A DNA stretch of 63,940 nt, filler included, from Octopus bimaculoides (taxonomy: Eukaryota), in assembly GCF_001194135.2 (NCBI RefSeq). It is 7 parts of 7 records of this genome, joined end to end, with 100 filler letters (N's around TTAATTAATTAA, not from the genome) between each part and the next. Parts side by side here need not be neighbours in the genome. Positions count along the whole stretch, not along the records: positions 24,617 to 47,198 come from NC_068997.1; positions 47,299 to 49,148 come from NW_026421887.1; positions 49,249 to 51,572 come from NC_068984.1; positions 51,673 to 63,940 come from NC_068989.1; 3 more parts are not named here. The stretch is one strand, 5' to 3'. Both the position numbers and the translations under genes were made by a program. The notes below the pieces were generated by a model. That model did no database searches. It saw nothing but the letters and a program-made list of their open reading frames with translations, and was not told the DNA's origin. Shown here piece after piece: positions 39,471 through 53,540 of the stretch. How positions within the stretch are numbered: the stretch's first letter is position 1; each line of letters begins with the position of its first letter.

Positions 39471-40451
39471 GATTATTATGAATTAGCATTAACGTTTAGG
39501 AAAACACGCGAAAGACAAAAGTACACTTTTCATCCGATCCTTCAGGCCACAAAATTGCTACATGGTGGTTTGAAGAACTCGATGAATGCTCTGAATAAGG
39601 AAACTGTCAGCAATCGCCAGCATTAGTTTCAGCCGTCCAAGGAAAATTGATAAATTATTCACGTTATTGTGTACTTTTTTCCTTAGTTTATCTCCAATGT
39701 ATATGTATATATTTGTGTGTACGTGCGTTTATCAGTGGGTGTATTATGCCCCAAATAGTCTGTAGCACGAGCTGTGACGAGGCAAAATACTACATTGATC
39801 TAGTTATGAGGAAATTCCTTTCTTTTCAACCAAACAATTTTACTGCCCTCTTTTAGTTGTAACACTTGGAAAAATCGCAAAATGTGACTGCTCGGTTTGT
39901 TTCATTAGAAGTATTACTACAGTTCATTAGACATCTGATGATACAGACCATGATTAGACTTGTGCGCGTATTTTCCGCAGTGAATTCACGAGTACTTTGG
40001 CGTGCACGGAAATTTTTTCTGCCTTCATTAATTTACATAGCTCTCAAAATAGGTTTTGCTTGTTTTAGCAGTTTCGACCAAGAATCCCCCGGAAAATGTC
40101 CTTGTTTAAACCAGTATTTAGTTGAAGGTAATTTTCTCTCGCATTTTCCCTTATAAAATATAAAAATGCACTCATATATTCACGCGTATATACCTACGTA
40201 CACACATACATACTCGGGCATGCGCATTAATTCAACAAAAAATATTTCAAACTTCTTCGGGAAAAAAAAAAACAATTGAAAGGTGTAACAATCAAGCATT
40301 GCAACAATGGGCATGATGATAAAGTGTAACTCCCACGGTATCTCTCAATATTTATCAGTTAATGTCTACAATAAACTATAAGGTACTGATTATTTGGCCA
40401 ACTTAGAAAACAATTTCTCATTAAGTTTTCATACATCTGTAGAAATATGTA

Positions 40452-40840
40452 TAACTAGCTGCGTGCGGACTTTTAAGCTAGCTCCTGCGCCCCAAACTAA
40501 AGAGATTAATAATAATAAACCATTTATTGGTACCCTACCAATATTACCTTATCAATATGGCATTACTTTATAGGTAGTTTAAATGAAAAGCTTGTAACTT
40601 ACAAATTTCTGGATTTTTAAAGTTGAGTTTTCAACTGTTAGCTTATAATAAATCCTCATCCAGATATGTTCCTAATGCTAGATGATCAAGAACCAAATGA
40701 AGAGCAGATTTTCCATTCCAGGATCATCCTGATTCCAAAAAGTATAATATGTATCTGTAGAGCAAATATAGACTGAGATACAGGGGTCCATGACGGACAG
40801 ACGGACGCACAAACATAATTTTGCGTTTATTATTATAGAT
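40452..40840 (+). mobile_element. Possible non-autonomous Helitron/HINE-like element
   Basis: Starts TAACTAGC and ends gacggacagacggac..tttattattatagat, termini reminiscent of invertebrate Helitron-type repeats; single copy in the window. Confidence 0.4.
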
Positions 40841-41354
40841 AAAGCGCTCCGGATTCAACTAAATGGAAAACCATTTTTTTCAGATATCACATTGTTAAAA
40901 TTGGAAGGTTAGAAATGCATTCAATCAATTCTGCATCACATGCCCCTTTTCCTCTCACCTGTTATATAGAGTACGCCTTTGGGCATCGCTTTTACCACTT
41001 CACCCAGTCCTTCCTCAGCACTATTTTAACTTTCTGGAGTCAACTCATTGCTCATGCTTTTTCCTGCAAACATTAACTTGAAGCTCTTCTAGAGGGATGT
41101 CAACTCACTCGATTTCGCAGATTCTAGTAGACCTCTGAAAGCTAAGAGCGTTCCCGCTCCTGCAGACATAAACAAAGTGTACTCTGTAGCAACATTCCTT
41201 AATAACACTTCTCTCGCACTTAGCATTGACGCATATATACAAACTCATCGTACTCATATATACATCTCGTATATACACAGATTTGCACACTTACACATAT
41301 AACCACACAAACACATGCGTACCCTCGCCACACATATATGCATATATATATATT

Positions 41355-41446
<92 letters not shown>

Positions 41447-42258
41447 TGTGTGTATTTGAAGACATACATTCAAACATGCACAATTCACTAAAACCTAATT
41501 AACTGTACCACCATTCCTAATGTATTTATGTTGCCCTTGTTTTTTTCCTAAATATAAATGATGTGATGATGGCATATCCCTCACTACTGAATGCTGGCTA
41601 CAACTTTGATATCAGCTATTCTGGAAATGTATGCTAGAAGAATTATTTACTTTATTTTCACTCTTCTCTCCCTTCAATATTCTTACATGGTAAGTTATAC
41701 GCAATAATGTTGAAGAAACAATATAAAATTAGTAAAATTTTCAACAGATATTCAACTAAAATTCTAGATAAATAGATGATTTTATATCCGCTCAATGCCT
41801 TTATCTCTAATTTCTAAATCGATAAAATACAGGCTTTTCGGAGACGTTTTACCCGGCGGGGGTAATTCTGATTGCATCCGAGTAAAGGTAAAGTTTTTCC
41901 TCTTGAAACTGGCATTTCATCCAGTAGAAGCTGAATATTCAATATAAACATTCTCTCATGTGCAGCCTTTCCATCAATGTCAAATAGAAAAAAATGTGAA
42001 TATTAGAGATGAGTTAAATTCCATGTTTTATTCTTGTGTATTTTTGATAAATACTCTCTTGAAATTAATGTCCTACATACTTAATTATTAAGCACTAATA
42101 TTCTCGATTGGATTATCATTTTCAAAAAGTAAAAGAAGGGTGAAGATTGGTAGGAGTACTTAACTTTAACTACATGCAACATGCATATACACTTTATACA
42201 TATATACAAATATGAACGTGCATATAAAATAATTGTGTGTATACATACATACATACAC

Positions 42259-42302
<44 letters not shown>

Positions 42303-42962
42303 NNNNNNNNNNNNNNNNNNNNNNNNNNNNNNNNNNNNNNNNNNNNNNNNNNNNNNNNNNNNNNNNNNNNNNNNNNNNNNNNNNNNNNNNNNNNNNNNNN
42401 NNNNNNNNNNNNNNNNNNNNNNNNNNNNNNNNNNNNNNNNNNNNNNNNNNNNNNNNNNNNNNNNNNNNNNNNNNNNNNNNNNNNNNNNNNNNNNNNNNNN
42501 NNNNNNNNNNNNNNNNNNNNNNNNNNNNNNNNNNNNNNNNNNNNNNNNNNNNNNNNNNNNNNNNNNNNNNNNNNNNNNNNNNNNNNNNNNNNNNNNNNNN
42601 NNNNNNNNNNNNNNNNNNNNNNNNNNNNNNNNNNNNNNNNNNNNNNNNNNNNNNNNNNNNNNNNNNNNNNNNNNNNNNNNNNNNNNNNNNNNNNNNNNNN
42701 NNNNNNNNNNNNNNNNNNNNNNNNNNNNNNNNNNNNNNNNNNNNNNNNNNNNNNNNNNNNNNNNNNNNNNNNNNNNNNNNNNNNNNNNNNNNNNNNNNNN
42801 NNNNNNNNNNNNNNNNNNNNNNNNNNNNNNNNNNNNNNNNNNNNNNNNNNNNNNNNNNNNNNNNNNNNNNNNNNNNNNNNNNNNNNNNNNNNNNNNNNNN
42901 NNNNNNNNNNNNNNNNNNNNNNNNNNNNNNNNNNNNNNNNNNNNNNNNNNNNNNNNNNNNNN

Positions 42963-43002
<40 letters not shown>

Positions 43003-43658
43003 CTTATCACACATATTTATCTGTGTGTGTATGTGTGTGTGAGTGAAAATGCGTGTGTATGTGTACGCATGTGTGTAAGTGAATATATGCGCACATGTAT
43101 GCGTGTGAGAGTGTGTACGGATGTATACTCCGACCAACTCATTTGTTGTTATGTTTAAGGGCAGATCATTAATTAGAAAATATTATGAGCCGAGATGCGA
43201 GAAAATTAAATGCATGCATAAAAAATGTGAAATGTAAAAAAAAAAAATAAATAAATATATAAAAAATGATAAATATGGTGGAAAAGGAAAGTGGGAGAGA
43301 GAAAATAGAGAAGGAGCAACCAAAGAAAAGGCGCGAATGAAAGAGTGAAAGGAGGAGAGAAGAGGGAGAGAAGAAAAAGAGAAAGAAATATAGAACATGT
43401 GATATGAATGACTGAGAAACGGTTTGCAAATTCTCTCGCCGTATCTCCATAGATTGAATTGCTTATTTAGGTTAGAGAAGAAGGAAAATCGTATAAGTTA
43501 ATTACAGCAAGAAAATCAATTCAGAATTCTTATTAATACGTTGTGGGGAAAAAATAGTCTTAATTTGAGTCCATTTATGGCAATGCCAAGCTTGTCTCTC
43601 TTCACTAGATTAGAATGTTTGTTGTTTGCTTAGAACAAGTATTCATTATATACACATA

Positions 43659-43807
<149 letters not shown>

Positions 43808-44134
43808 CTATATACCCCCGTACATATATATATCTACATACCTTGTGTGCATATGTATGTGTCTATCTGTGTACTAAAATAAATATACATTTACACACAC
43901 ACATACATACACGCAAGCATATATGCATATATGTATGTACGCGCGTATCTCTCTCATTGTCTGTCTCTCTCACTATATATATATATATGCGCATGTCTGT
44001 TTATGTATGTATATACCTCAAAATATTTATTTGAGTGGGGATGCAATCATATACTAAGATATAAGATTTATTAAAACCTCTCAAATTGAAAGCAGCAAGA
44101 ACAAAACAGCGATGAAGAAAAAGACCAAGAAGAC

Positions 44135-44209
<75 letters not shown>

Positions 44210-45791
44210 ATAATAATCCTCTCTTCATGGGCGCATATATACAATACAAAACTCGTTATTGAAAGGAGTGGGGGTGCTACAGAACTCGTAGTTGTGTGTG
44301 TATATATTTATATCTATAATGAAAAGGTATTACAAAATGTAAAAAAGTGTAATACAGGTTAAATGTGAAATGAAATATAAGCAAGCCATGGACAAGAAAG
44401 AGGGTACCACATAAATCTGACCACTGTCCGTTTGATCATCTCTTAAAAATTGGGTGTCACTTTTTTTACGCACTGCATTAAATGAAATAGGCAATGATTA
44501 TCCGTTCAAATCACCATAAACATTCTGCAGGAGTGAGCGTGTTTTCGGGTAGGGCTTCCAGCATTTTGCTTATCTTCGTTTAGGATCACGTAATTTTTCT
44601 TTTAATCTTTTAATCTTTCTTTTCTTACTCTTCGTACTTCACACTGTTCCAATCTCCAAATCTGCGCTGCCACAAGGTAAGAGAATGATCTCATTCTCTC
44701 TGAGATTTTCTGTTCCAGTTTGTGGCCTGAAACAGGTTGCACGGATAATGAGGCATTCTGTTCAAGGATCTGCAACCAGCAAGCTTCCTAAACAGCAGTA
44801 ACAGTTACCGCATATGCACTTTGAACACCTGTTGCCGTTGTAATTACAATTTCTGCTGTTTATAACTTCTTTTTGCTGCTTTTCATCGCTAGAAAGACTT
44901 CAAATGGGCCTTATTATTGAATGTGTATCAAGTGGTATTTCGCTCTGCATCTTCTCTCTGATCCTTCAATTTGATCATGTAGATTCGGCGGCCGTTGAGC
45001 TGTACAGAAATCCTACCCTATTACAAAGTGTCGTAGTGTTTCTCACCGCGCTCATCTCATGTCCGTTTCGCTGCAGAGTGATGAGAAACGAAAAGTCAAC
45101 GTTTATATCAATATTTCCGGTTGTGGCCCTCATATTCCTGAAAGACACATAATCTGGCACTAATCTTGTGGGCAGACGACGTGTAACACACTACTTTTAC
45201 TCGGCTTCTTACCTGATTTACAGACAAAAAAGCCAGTCACACACTTTTATAGACCCTTTCCTAGTTAAATAAACGCTCAATCTATCACATAGCGGCCAAA
45301 GCTTCTTCGATATAAAGCTCCCCCCATAGCTTGAAGAGCAGAGATATCTCAATTACATTTCCGTTCCTTCCTGAGTAAATTACCGGGGTATGGAAGCACT
45401 GAATTTTCTCACATAACTCCTCAATTCTTTCTCATACTCCTTGAACTGGTCCAACTAGAACTGCTCGTTTTTATTCACATCTCTTGCAAAAAATGGAATG
45501 CTTTTGCTGGTGATGGTGGAATTAACATTGCTGTTCGTTCTGTTATGTTCATTTAAATTGATCCTGCGGCAGTATTCTTTTATGAATATTCTATTCTACA
45601 ACTGTGTTTAAGCTTGGAATTTTCAGTTTCTTTTATTCATTTATTTTTTAAAAGCAATTTTGTTTTTTTACTCTTGAAAATAATTTGAGGTACAATTTTT
45701 TCATCATTGAGTCTGCTGCTACTACTATCATTGTGGTAAACACATGCGAAGCCAATACGAATTACTAATAAATGCAAAAATAGCTGTTTTG

Positions 45792-45882
<91 letters not shown>

Positions 45883-45959
45883 ATGCAGTTAAAAATCTCT
45901 AAGACAAACCAAAACAGGCGACACCAGGTCCTGTTTTGGCACTGTTACTCTATATATCG

Positions 45960-46075
45960 CTAGCGGAGAGATGAGTCGCTGCTGCCTCGAGTGACAAGAC
46001 CAAGGAAGGTCGAAATCACGTGACCTGGTGGTCTCGGCGGTGGCGCTGGTGGAGATTTATCTCCCCGCTTTCGAT
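45960..46075. promoter_or_regulatory. CpG-rich patch with an E-box (TCACGTGAC); possible promoter or enhancer
   Basis: CpG density well above the flanks; TCACGTGAC at about 46017-46025. No linked exon identified. Confidence 0.25.
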
Positions 46076-46444
46076 ATAAACAAGAGTGCAATTTGCACCA
46101 AAAGTCAGTACGAGAGTTTCTTTCATGGTATCTATCGTAACACGGTTTATTCTAACAGATCACTCACTTTTACGTGGAGATAAGTATTACCCCTCGGTAA
46201 TAATACTGGCTCTGTCGCTAAGATATATTTTTTTGAGAGATTTTCTGTTTCCCTCTGTACGGAGTAAACACCCAACCCGGTCTAGGATGTTTTCTGTAGA
46301 AAAATATCCACAAAAGCTTTCCCACTTATACTTGGTGAAAAGTTAAATCTAAAAACCAGCAATAACGTTAATAGTTGTCTCTTGAGGTCCCTCAGTGAGA
46401 CTTGGAATCAACTTGTACAAATACAAAGCAAAAACCAAACATAT

Positions 46445-46452
46445 AATAACAA

Positions 46453-46548
<96 letters not shown>
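46445..46548. repeat. (AAC)n-(AAT)n microsatellite
   Basis: Direct reading. Confidence 0.95.
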
Positions 46549-46550
<2 letters not shown>

Positions 46551-46835
46551 GCTCTGATGCAGTACCAGGCAGTGGCTTCCATAACTTCTCCTCTTAACTG
46601 ATTGGGAAAGTGTAACATGTACATTGATTTGTCTTTGTATAAAAGATGGGCTAAGGCAGATATTCTGCTCAATACCACAGATTTGCTTGTCAGGTGTTTG
46701 ACCTTCACCTGGTGAGTATGTTCTTTAATGGTTGACGATATGTGCATGTCTGTTCACGAGCAGAAGTAGTGGGGGAGCATCATAGTCATGTGTTGAAAGG
46801 AATTCTTTGGGATTTGGACAATTCACCTTAGGAAA
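46548..46835 (+). mobile_element. Interspersed repeat family 3; partial inverted copy at 12520-12735
   Basis: atattctgctcaataccacagatttgcttgtcag..agtagtgggggagcatcatag is shared by both loci. Confidence 0.7.
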
Positions 46836-46955
46836 CATTTCGACTTGGCCTTTCACCCTTTGACGTCGATTAGATAAGTACCAGTTACGTACAGGGGTCG
46901 ATGTAATCGACTAGCCCAAAGTTTCAGATCTTGTGTCTATAGTAGAAAAGATTAG
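46836..46955 (+). mobile_element. SINE family 1, 3' half
   Basis: cgacttggcctttcaccctt..aagtaccagttacgtacaggggtcgatgtaatcgac. Confidence 0.7.
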
Positions 46956-47297
46956 CAAGTGAGAGAACTGTGATATTTTACGCGGGTTACTTCCTTTTGT
47001 ATTTCATAAAAATATTCGCTGTCGACTTAGTAACACCCGTTCTTAATAAAAACATTAACGCTTCACCAGTTTCATGTACGTCTATTTTCAAAACAATGGC
47101 TTTACCTTCCCGAACACATTCGCTACAATCAAGTAACATTGACAGAAGATTTATATATTGCTTTGCTTTGGTAGAATCTCTTTCTCTGCATATATATANN
47201 NNNNNNNNNNNNNNNNNNNNNNNNNNNNNNNNNNNNNNNNNNTTAATTAATTAANNNNNNNNNNNNNNNNNNNNNNNNNNNNNNNNNNNNNNNNNNN

Positions 47298-48237
47298 NTG
47301 GACCCCTACAGCAATATCTGTAGGTGTTTCTTTGGTAATGAATTGGTGTTTAATTATATTCTCCTCCCAATCCATTTGGTAAACTGTCTTACCAAACATT
47401 TCTACACCTATAAGTGTAGAATGTTCCAAGTAAGCAACCAAATATAACCCCAACTGTATCTTTTTAATCTTGAAAGTTGTGGGGCTGATAATGAGAATCA
47501 TTTCTTGGAAGGGGAGGGTTGCTAGAACCATGTCTTGACCAATTCTGGTGAAACTGGTGACAGAAGATGGACAATGGACATCATTTCTGTCACCGTCTCT
47601 TGTCACACAACATACTGTCATACAATGGTGGGAATAGGTTATCACTCCCTCCTGTATAACTATAATATTGGATATTGTGATTTTGTCAAATTCTTCTCCA
47701 GATTCCTCGATCTTTGCTTCTCTGGTCACAACTGGGCAAAGAGGACGAAATTTTATTGCTATTTTTGGTGTCTGATTGGTCTTCCATCTGTATGGATTGC
47801 TGGTGACATAAATGTCAAAGAGTCTTTGTTGAAACCATTTGAGATCCTGCTCAATAGAAATATTCTGTTCTTTAGTATATTTCAGCAAAATTCCAAGTCT
47901 CTCTTTGACCTTTTCTAAAATACAATTGGCACTTAATCCCAAACGTTCTAAATAGTTGCTCTCCTTAACTAAATGTTCCATAAACATCATGCAGCGATCA
48001 TATTGTAGACGAATCCTCTGTATTTCGGCAACTATTTGTTTTTCAGTTTCTTTTCTGCTTTCTTTGTCTCCATGTGTGGTGAGTCTTGCATCAGATATGG
48101 CCTTCACTGCTGATTCTCCCTCTGAACTACTAACACTACAATATCCTTCATGAACTCCTTCTTCATCCCTTTTTGTTGTTGAGTCCCTTAAAGCCTTTTT
48201 CTGAGGGGTAGGATTTGTTTGGTCTTCCATAGTGAAT
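47298..48237 (-). CDS. Large coding exon of a host gene: acidic N-terminus, coiled coil, then NHL/beta-propeller-like repeats (mollusc TRIM-NHL-like); 3' end lost in a gap
   Basis: About 310 aa open frame of non-repetitive sequence (ATG at 48230). A polypyrimidine acceptor ttttccttatatttcattacag lies 7 nt upstream of the ATG. Helical segment EKQIVAEIQRIRLQY..LEKVKERL, then propeller-like strands (VLATLPFQEMILII, TVYQMDWEENII, PTDIAVG). The family call is pattern recognition only. Confidence 0.7.
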
Positions 48238-49248
48238 CTGTAATGAAATATAAGGAAAACATTTAGCTTTGTGAAAATATTAAAGTTTCAGGGAGATGAT
48301 GTTTACTTCATTATTTGAAACACACAAACAAAACATTTGTGTATTTCTGTCAGCAAATTAATCTTGTCTAATTAATATTTAAACAACTTTCTGTTGGAAT
48401 AATAATGATTAGAATTAAACACCTTATTACAATCTACTTTGAGATGTATTAATAAGTTTCATTAATTACATGGAGTCTAAATATTAACAATAATTATATT
48501 CACTGGAAATGATATTTTCATTCAACATCACAAATTAATAGTCATGAGTGGCTTAGATTTATTTAACAATAATTAGTCAAAGAGATTCCCCTGCTCCAAA
48601 ATTATTCAATAATGAGACACTCTAAGCTGTAGAGGAAATTAACTTTAATTGGTATACATGCTATATTATGTCCCAACACACAGCAATCATGTTCAAACTT
48701 CGTTAACATGGAGTAATTAGCAAAACATAGACTTTATGTTTCATAGACATTTGTTAGATACAAGACAGACTGAACATTTTGCTAATTAGATGGAATATAA
48801 GTATTACTAATGATTATATGTACTGGAAATGATGGGACCGTCATGGTTGGCTTGGTTTCCATCATATTTACCTGGATTAAGAGATATCAATAAAGCTGGA
48901 GATGAAACTGGTTCTTAACCTGACAAATGCTGTAAATCTCTCAACATTCCAATATAATCCACACAATTATCATAGACAACATTGATTAACTTGGAAAGCT
49001 TATCAAAAGATGGGCTTCCATATAATCACACTGATACACAGCATGTTGAGAGGATCGTTTTTATTTGTTCCTGATTGAGATAATAAAGATTGGTTAACGA
49101 ATAAGCTTAATTAACGAAAGGTAGGTTCATCTTAATTATATTTAAGGGNNNNNNNNNNNNNNNNNNNNNNNNNNNNNNNNNNNNNNNNNNNNTTAATTAA
49201 TTAANNNNNNNNNNNNNNNNNNNNNNNNNNNNNNNNNNNNNNNNNNNN

Positions 49249-49282
<34 letters not shown>

Positions 49283-51094
49283 AGTGAACGTTTCTGCATT
49301 TCAGTTACTATCATCATGATCATGACGATGATGGTGATGAAGATGATCATCATCATCATCTGCAGCAGCAGCAGCATCGCTAGAAGAATCGTTACCATGG
49401 CGGGCAAAATGCTTAGCGGCATTTCTTCCGTCTTTATGTTCTGAGTTGATATTTTGACACTAAATTTCGTTCTAATATTTCTACTGAATCTGTATATCGT
49501 CTATGATAGGGTTTCCCGTTGTCTTCCTTTTGGAGTAAACGACCTCAGGTTATCAATGCACAGATATCATACATGATTCTACATACCAATGTCATAGATG
49601 ATCCTATATGCGAAAAGAGACAGTTTACTACTGAGACTACTTCATAGAAGAGTAGATGTATGCTTGCGATATTGAAATCTGATTATCATGGTCTACTTTT
49701 TTTTTTTTATTACAGTTGCACTTAAATCGATATATACATTTCTATTTCAAAGATATTAAATCACTAAATATTTCCACATTTAGATTATTGTCATTTTGAA
49801 ACAGTTTAGGTTTAGAATTTTCACATAGAGTATTCGGGAGTCAATATTTTAAAGTTATAATAGTTTTCAAATTTTTTATGCGTTTTATAAATTCTTTTAT
49901 TATATATATTTATTTAGTGATTTGACTTTTAGGATCAATAGGTGATCATTATAGTTTTCGTTGGTTGTTTTTTTCATATTTATTCATTTATCCTTAAAAG
50001 GTAAAAGTAAAAGAAATATATTTTATTTATTCCTAACTTTTATTCTTCCATTTCTATGTCTGGGAGAGCGGCGTTCCTTGAGCTAATTGCTACAGTTCTT
50101 CTTGTTCTGATTTCAAATCATGCCATTCATTCTTCCGTGGCAGATACAATAAAGAAATAAATAAGTACTGGGGTCGCTAGTATCAACTAATATTCGCCTA
50201 GAAATTTGCTATCTTAGTTGCCTAAACCAGAAACCATATTTTAATGTGTGAAATTATTTAGCATTTATGTATTTCGATGCCTACGTTTGATAATCTCATA
50301 CAATCTAAATTTACATCTAGATCTCATCAGTCAAATACTATAAATAAAACACTACTGTGATTTTTTTTTTTTTTTTTTTTTTTTGCGAAGTGTATATATA
50401 ACGTATGTGTGGAGTGTGGATATTTAAAGTATTTTACACCTTTCATAGTAAAATTTACTCCTTTTAGTGTCCGCATGTATAGATATCTTCGGAAGAGATC
50501 TTAATATTGTAATAAATTTTTAATATTTATCTTCGTTTCTTGGAAATATTTCGTTTTCTTGTGATCTTTGATAACGGTAAGTAGATGATTCCCCTTTAAT
50601 CTCCTTAACTGTAAGAATTGACATGTGACGTGTGCTCTTGTTATTTATGACTTGCTATTTGAAAATATACAGAGAAAGGCTTATTGTGTCATTCAAAATG
50701 TATTATAAAGAGACTAATAAACATTTCACAGATGTCAACTGCTTTTACTTTGTAATTGTTCTCTAGTGGTATCTAATGACTTCGTTCTGTGTACATGGGA
50801 AGTATATTATCGCTCCATCAGAAGCGGGAAACCGCATTCGGGAAGGATTTAAGTGTTTTCCATTTTATTATCGAAGCTCTTCGTATCACTTAGCCTCCAA
50901 TTAATTATGTTGAAGTCTTACTTTATGAGTGGGATGTATCGCGTATTTATAGGTATTATCTTACTTCTGTTACTGAGAAGAGTACTGTCCGTTTCCTCTG
51001 TATCTCTTTCACTTTATCTCTTCCACTTTATCTCCTTTCTTTGTGTATGCCTTAACAATTTTATCAACTATTGTATTAGAAATTTATGAACACT

Positions 51095-51141
<47 letters not shown>

Positions 51142-51533
51142 ATACACACACACACACACACACACACAAATTATGTACGTATGTATATTTTGTTTCCATT
51201 TTGAAAACGTCAAGTATTTGTACGCTCAACTACTTCATATACAATACGTAAAATTTATATCACTGATAATTTTTGTGATTTTCATGGCACTCGCCTCTAA
51301 ATACATGGTCATTTTAATATCTCTCCTGGACAATTTTCTGTACACTTACAACATTACTGCTGCCTTTCCTGGATAGTTATTAGTGTTAATTATATGTGGG
51401 ATGGTTTATAGATTGTCCAAATTATTTGATCCATTGAAATATAGCCGATGATATTATATTGATCAAGTACCAAATTCAGAAAATCAATGATCTAGCTAAC
51501 CCAAAGTAATATATCCACATGTATCTATATATT

Positions 51534-51572
<39 letters not shown>

Positions 51573-51715
51573 NNNNNNNNNNNNNNNNNNNNNNNNNNNN
51601 NNNNNNNNNNNNNNNNTTAATTAATTAANNNNNNNNNNNNNNNNNNNNNNNNNNNNNNNNNNNNNNNNNNNNTATATATATATATATATATGTATGTATA
51701 TACACACATATAAAT

Positions 51716-52465
51716 ATAGCACAATAGCACTTTCTCAAGGAAGATACAAGTGGTGCCATGATAGTGTACTTGCACCACTTGCTCACATTTTGGAGCAGAA
51801 AAGTCTCAAGAAACATCATCATCAGAGGAAAACAACAGCCTTAATTAAGTTCGCAAAAGAGGGAGAGAGGCCAGTAAGGACAGTAAAAAAGACATATAGC
51901 TTGTTACATAGATCCCAATCATGGGAAATGAAAGTGGACCTGGTGGGGAAACTGCAGTTTCCCCAAGTCATCCCTACAACCCTGAGGCCAGATGTGGTTC
52001 TGAAAAGACTAAGAAAATTATTTTGATTGAGCTTACAGTCCTGTAGGAAGAAAGTTGTTATCAGTCCCACAAATTGAAGCATACCAAGTATGAGAGCCTT
52101 CAGAAGGATTGCAGAGAGAAGGGATGGCAGTTATGGCTTTTGCCAGTTGAAGTTGGTTCTAGTGGATTCCCTGACCAATAGGTATGGAGGATGCTTACAG
52201 CCATTGGAATAAGAGGAAAGGAGCGAAGGGTGTCTGTGTACAGGATGGGAGAGGCAGCTGAAAGAGCCTCTTATTGGTTATGGAGCAAGAGAGAGGAGTT
52301 AATCTGGAAGCCAAGAGAAGATGAGGAGCAGAGATTTGGCCATTTCTGCTGACCCACCAATGGGAGTGTGTTATGGTTCGGGGTCAAAACACCCGATGAA
52401 CATTGGATACCGTCTCATGACATCAGTTCCTCCATTCACTTTGTTGAGTGGAATAAAGCACCTTC
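51716..52465 (+). mobile_element. HERO-like (RLE) non-LTR retrotransposon 3' end with UTR
   Basis: ALSQGRYKWCHDSVL, TTLRPDVVL, IILIELTV, GWQLWLLPVEVGSSGF, GEAAERASYWLW; frameshift and stops. Confidence 0.8.
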
Positions 52466-52549
52466 TAGGTGTTAGCAAATAACAATATGTGTGTGTGTAT
52501 GCATGCATATCTGCATATCATCATCATCATCATTATTGTTATTATTATT

Positions 52550-53005
52550 AAGGTGGCAGAATTGTTAGCATGGTGAATGAGAGGCTTTGCGGTATTTTGC
52601 CCTGTGCTACATTCTGAGTTCAAATTCTGCCGAGGTCAACTTTGCCTTTCATCCTTTCAGGGTCTATAAATTAAGTCAATGGAGTCGATGTAATCAACTA
52701 GTCTCCTCTCCCAAAATTTCAAGCCTTGTGTCTTTAGTAGAAAGGATTATTATTATCATTGTTATTATTAAGGCAACATGCTGGCAGAATCATTAGCACA
52801 CCTGGCAAAATGCTTAGCAGCATTTCATTCATCTTTACATTCTGAGTTCAAATTCTGTCAGGGTTGACTTTGCCTTTCATCTTTTTGTAGTCGATAAAAT
52901 AAGTGCCAGTTGTGCACTGGGTTCGATGTAATCGACTAGCTCACTCTCTTGAAATTTCTGGCCTTGTGGCAAAATTTGAAACCATTATTATTATCATTAT
53001 TATTG
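52550..53005 (+). mobile_element. Two tandem SINE family 1 copies (52550-52768, 52770-53005)
   Basis: The second copy starts in the TTA tail of the first. Confidence 0.85.
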
Positions 53006-53361
53006 TTGCCATCATATTGGGAAGTCACAGAATCATGAAGCTCCATAAGTTTTAAGAATTTTATCAATCATTTCAGATACTTAAAGCCCGTTTAGTCAAT
53101 TATATTGTGATATCTATTTTACTGACATTGTCTGGATCGCAGTGGTAACATTTCTGTTCAATTACATCTCTTTTGAAGTGTAATTTAATTTACATTTTTG
53201 CATTTGCTTTATTTTCCCAATTAAAAGAAATGTCAGAATATGACAAAATAATAGCTCTGAACTGTGAACAGCATTCTGTCGACCTTCTTTTGACTCCCAT
53301 GGTAAACAAGACCATCGAACATAATAACGTCAATGGCAGGCAAGTTGTAGCTAAACTAAAT

Positions 53362-53540
53362 TTATACTTTTCTACTCTAGGTACAATTTTGGGGGAGGGG
53401 ACCAGTCATTTAGATCGACCCCAGTATGCAACTGGTACTTAGTTTATCGACCCCGAAAGGATGAAAGGATAAGTTGACCTTGGCAGAATTTGAACTCAGA
53501 ACGTAAAGACAGACGAACGTTTCTGCCAGCTCGCTGCCTT
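53362..53540 (-). mobile_element. SINE family 1 with an internal deletion
   Basis: Reverse complement of the consensus. Confidence 0.8.

Noticed and set aside
52370-52430. Hammerhead-like words in the HERO-like 3' UTR
   Set aside because: The core motifs are incomplete in this copy and the stems are not supportable.
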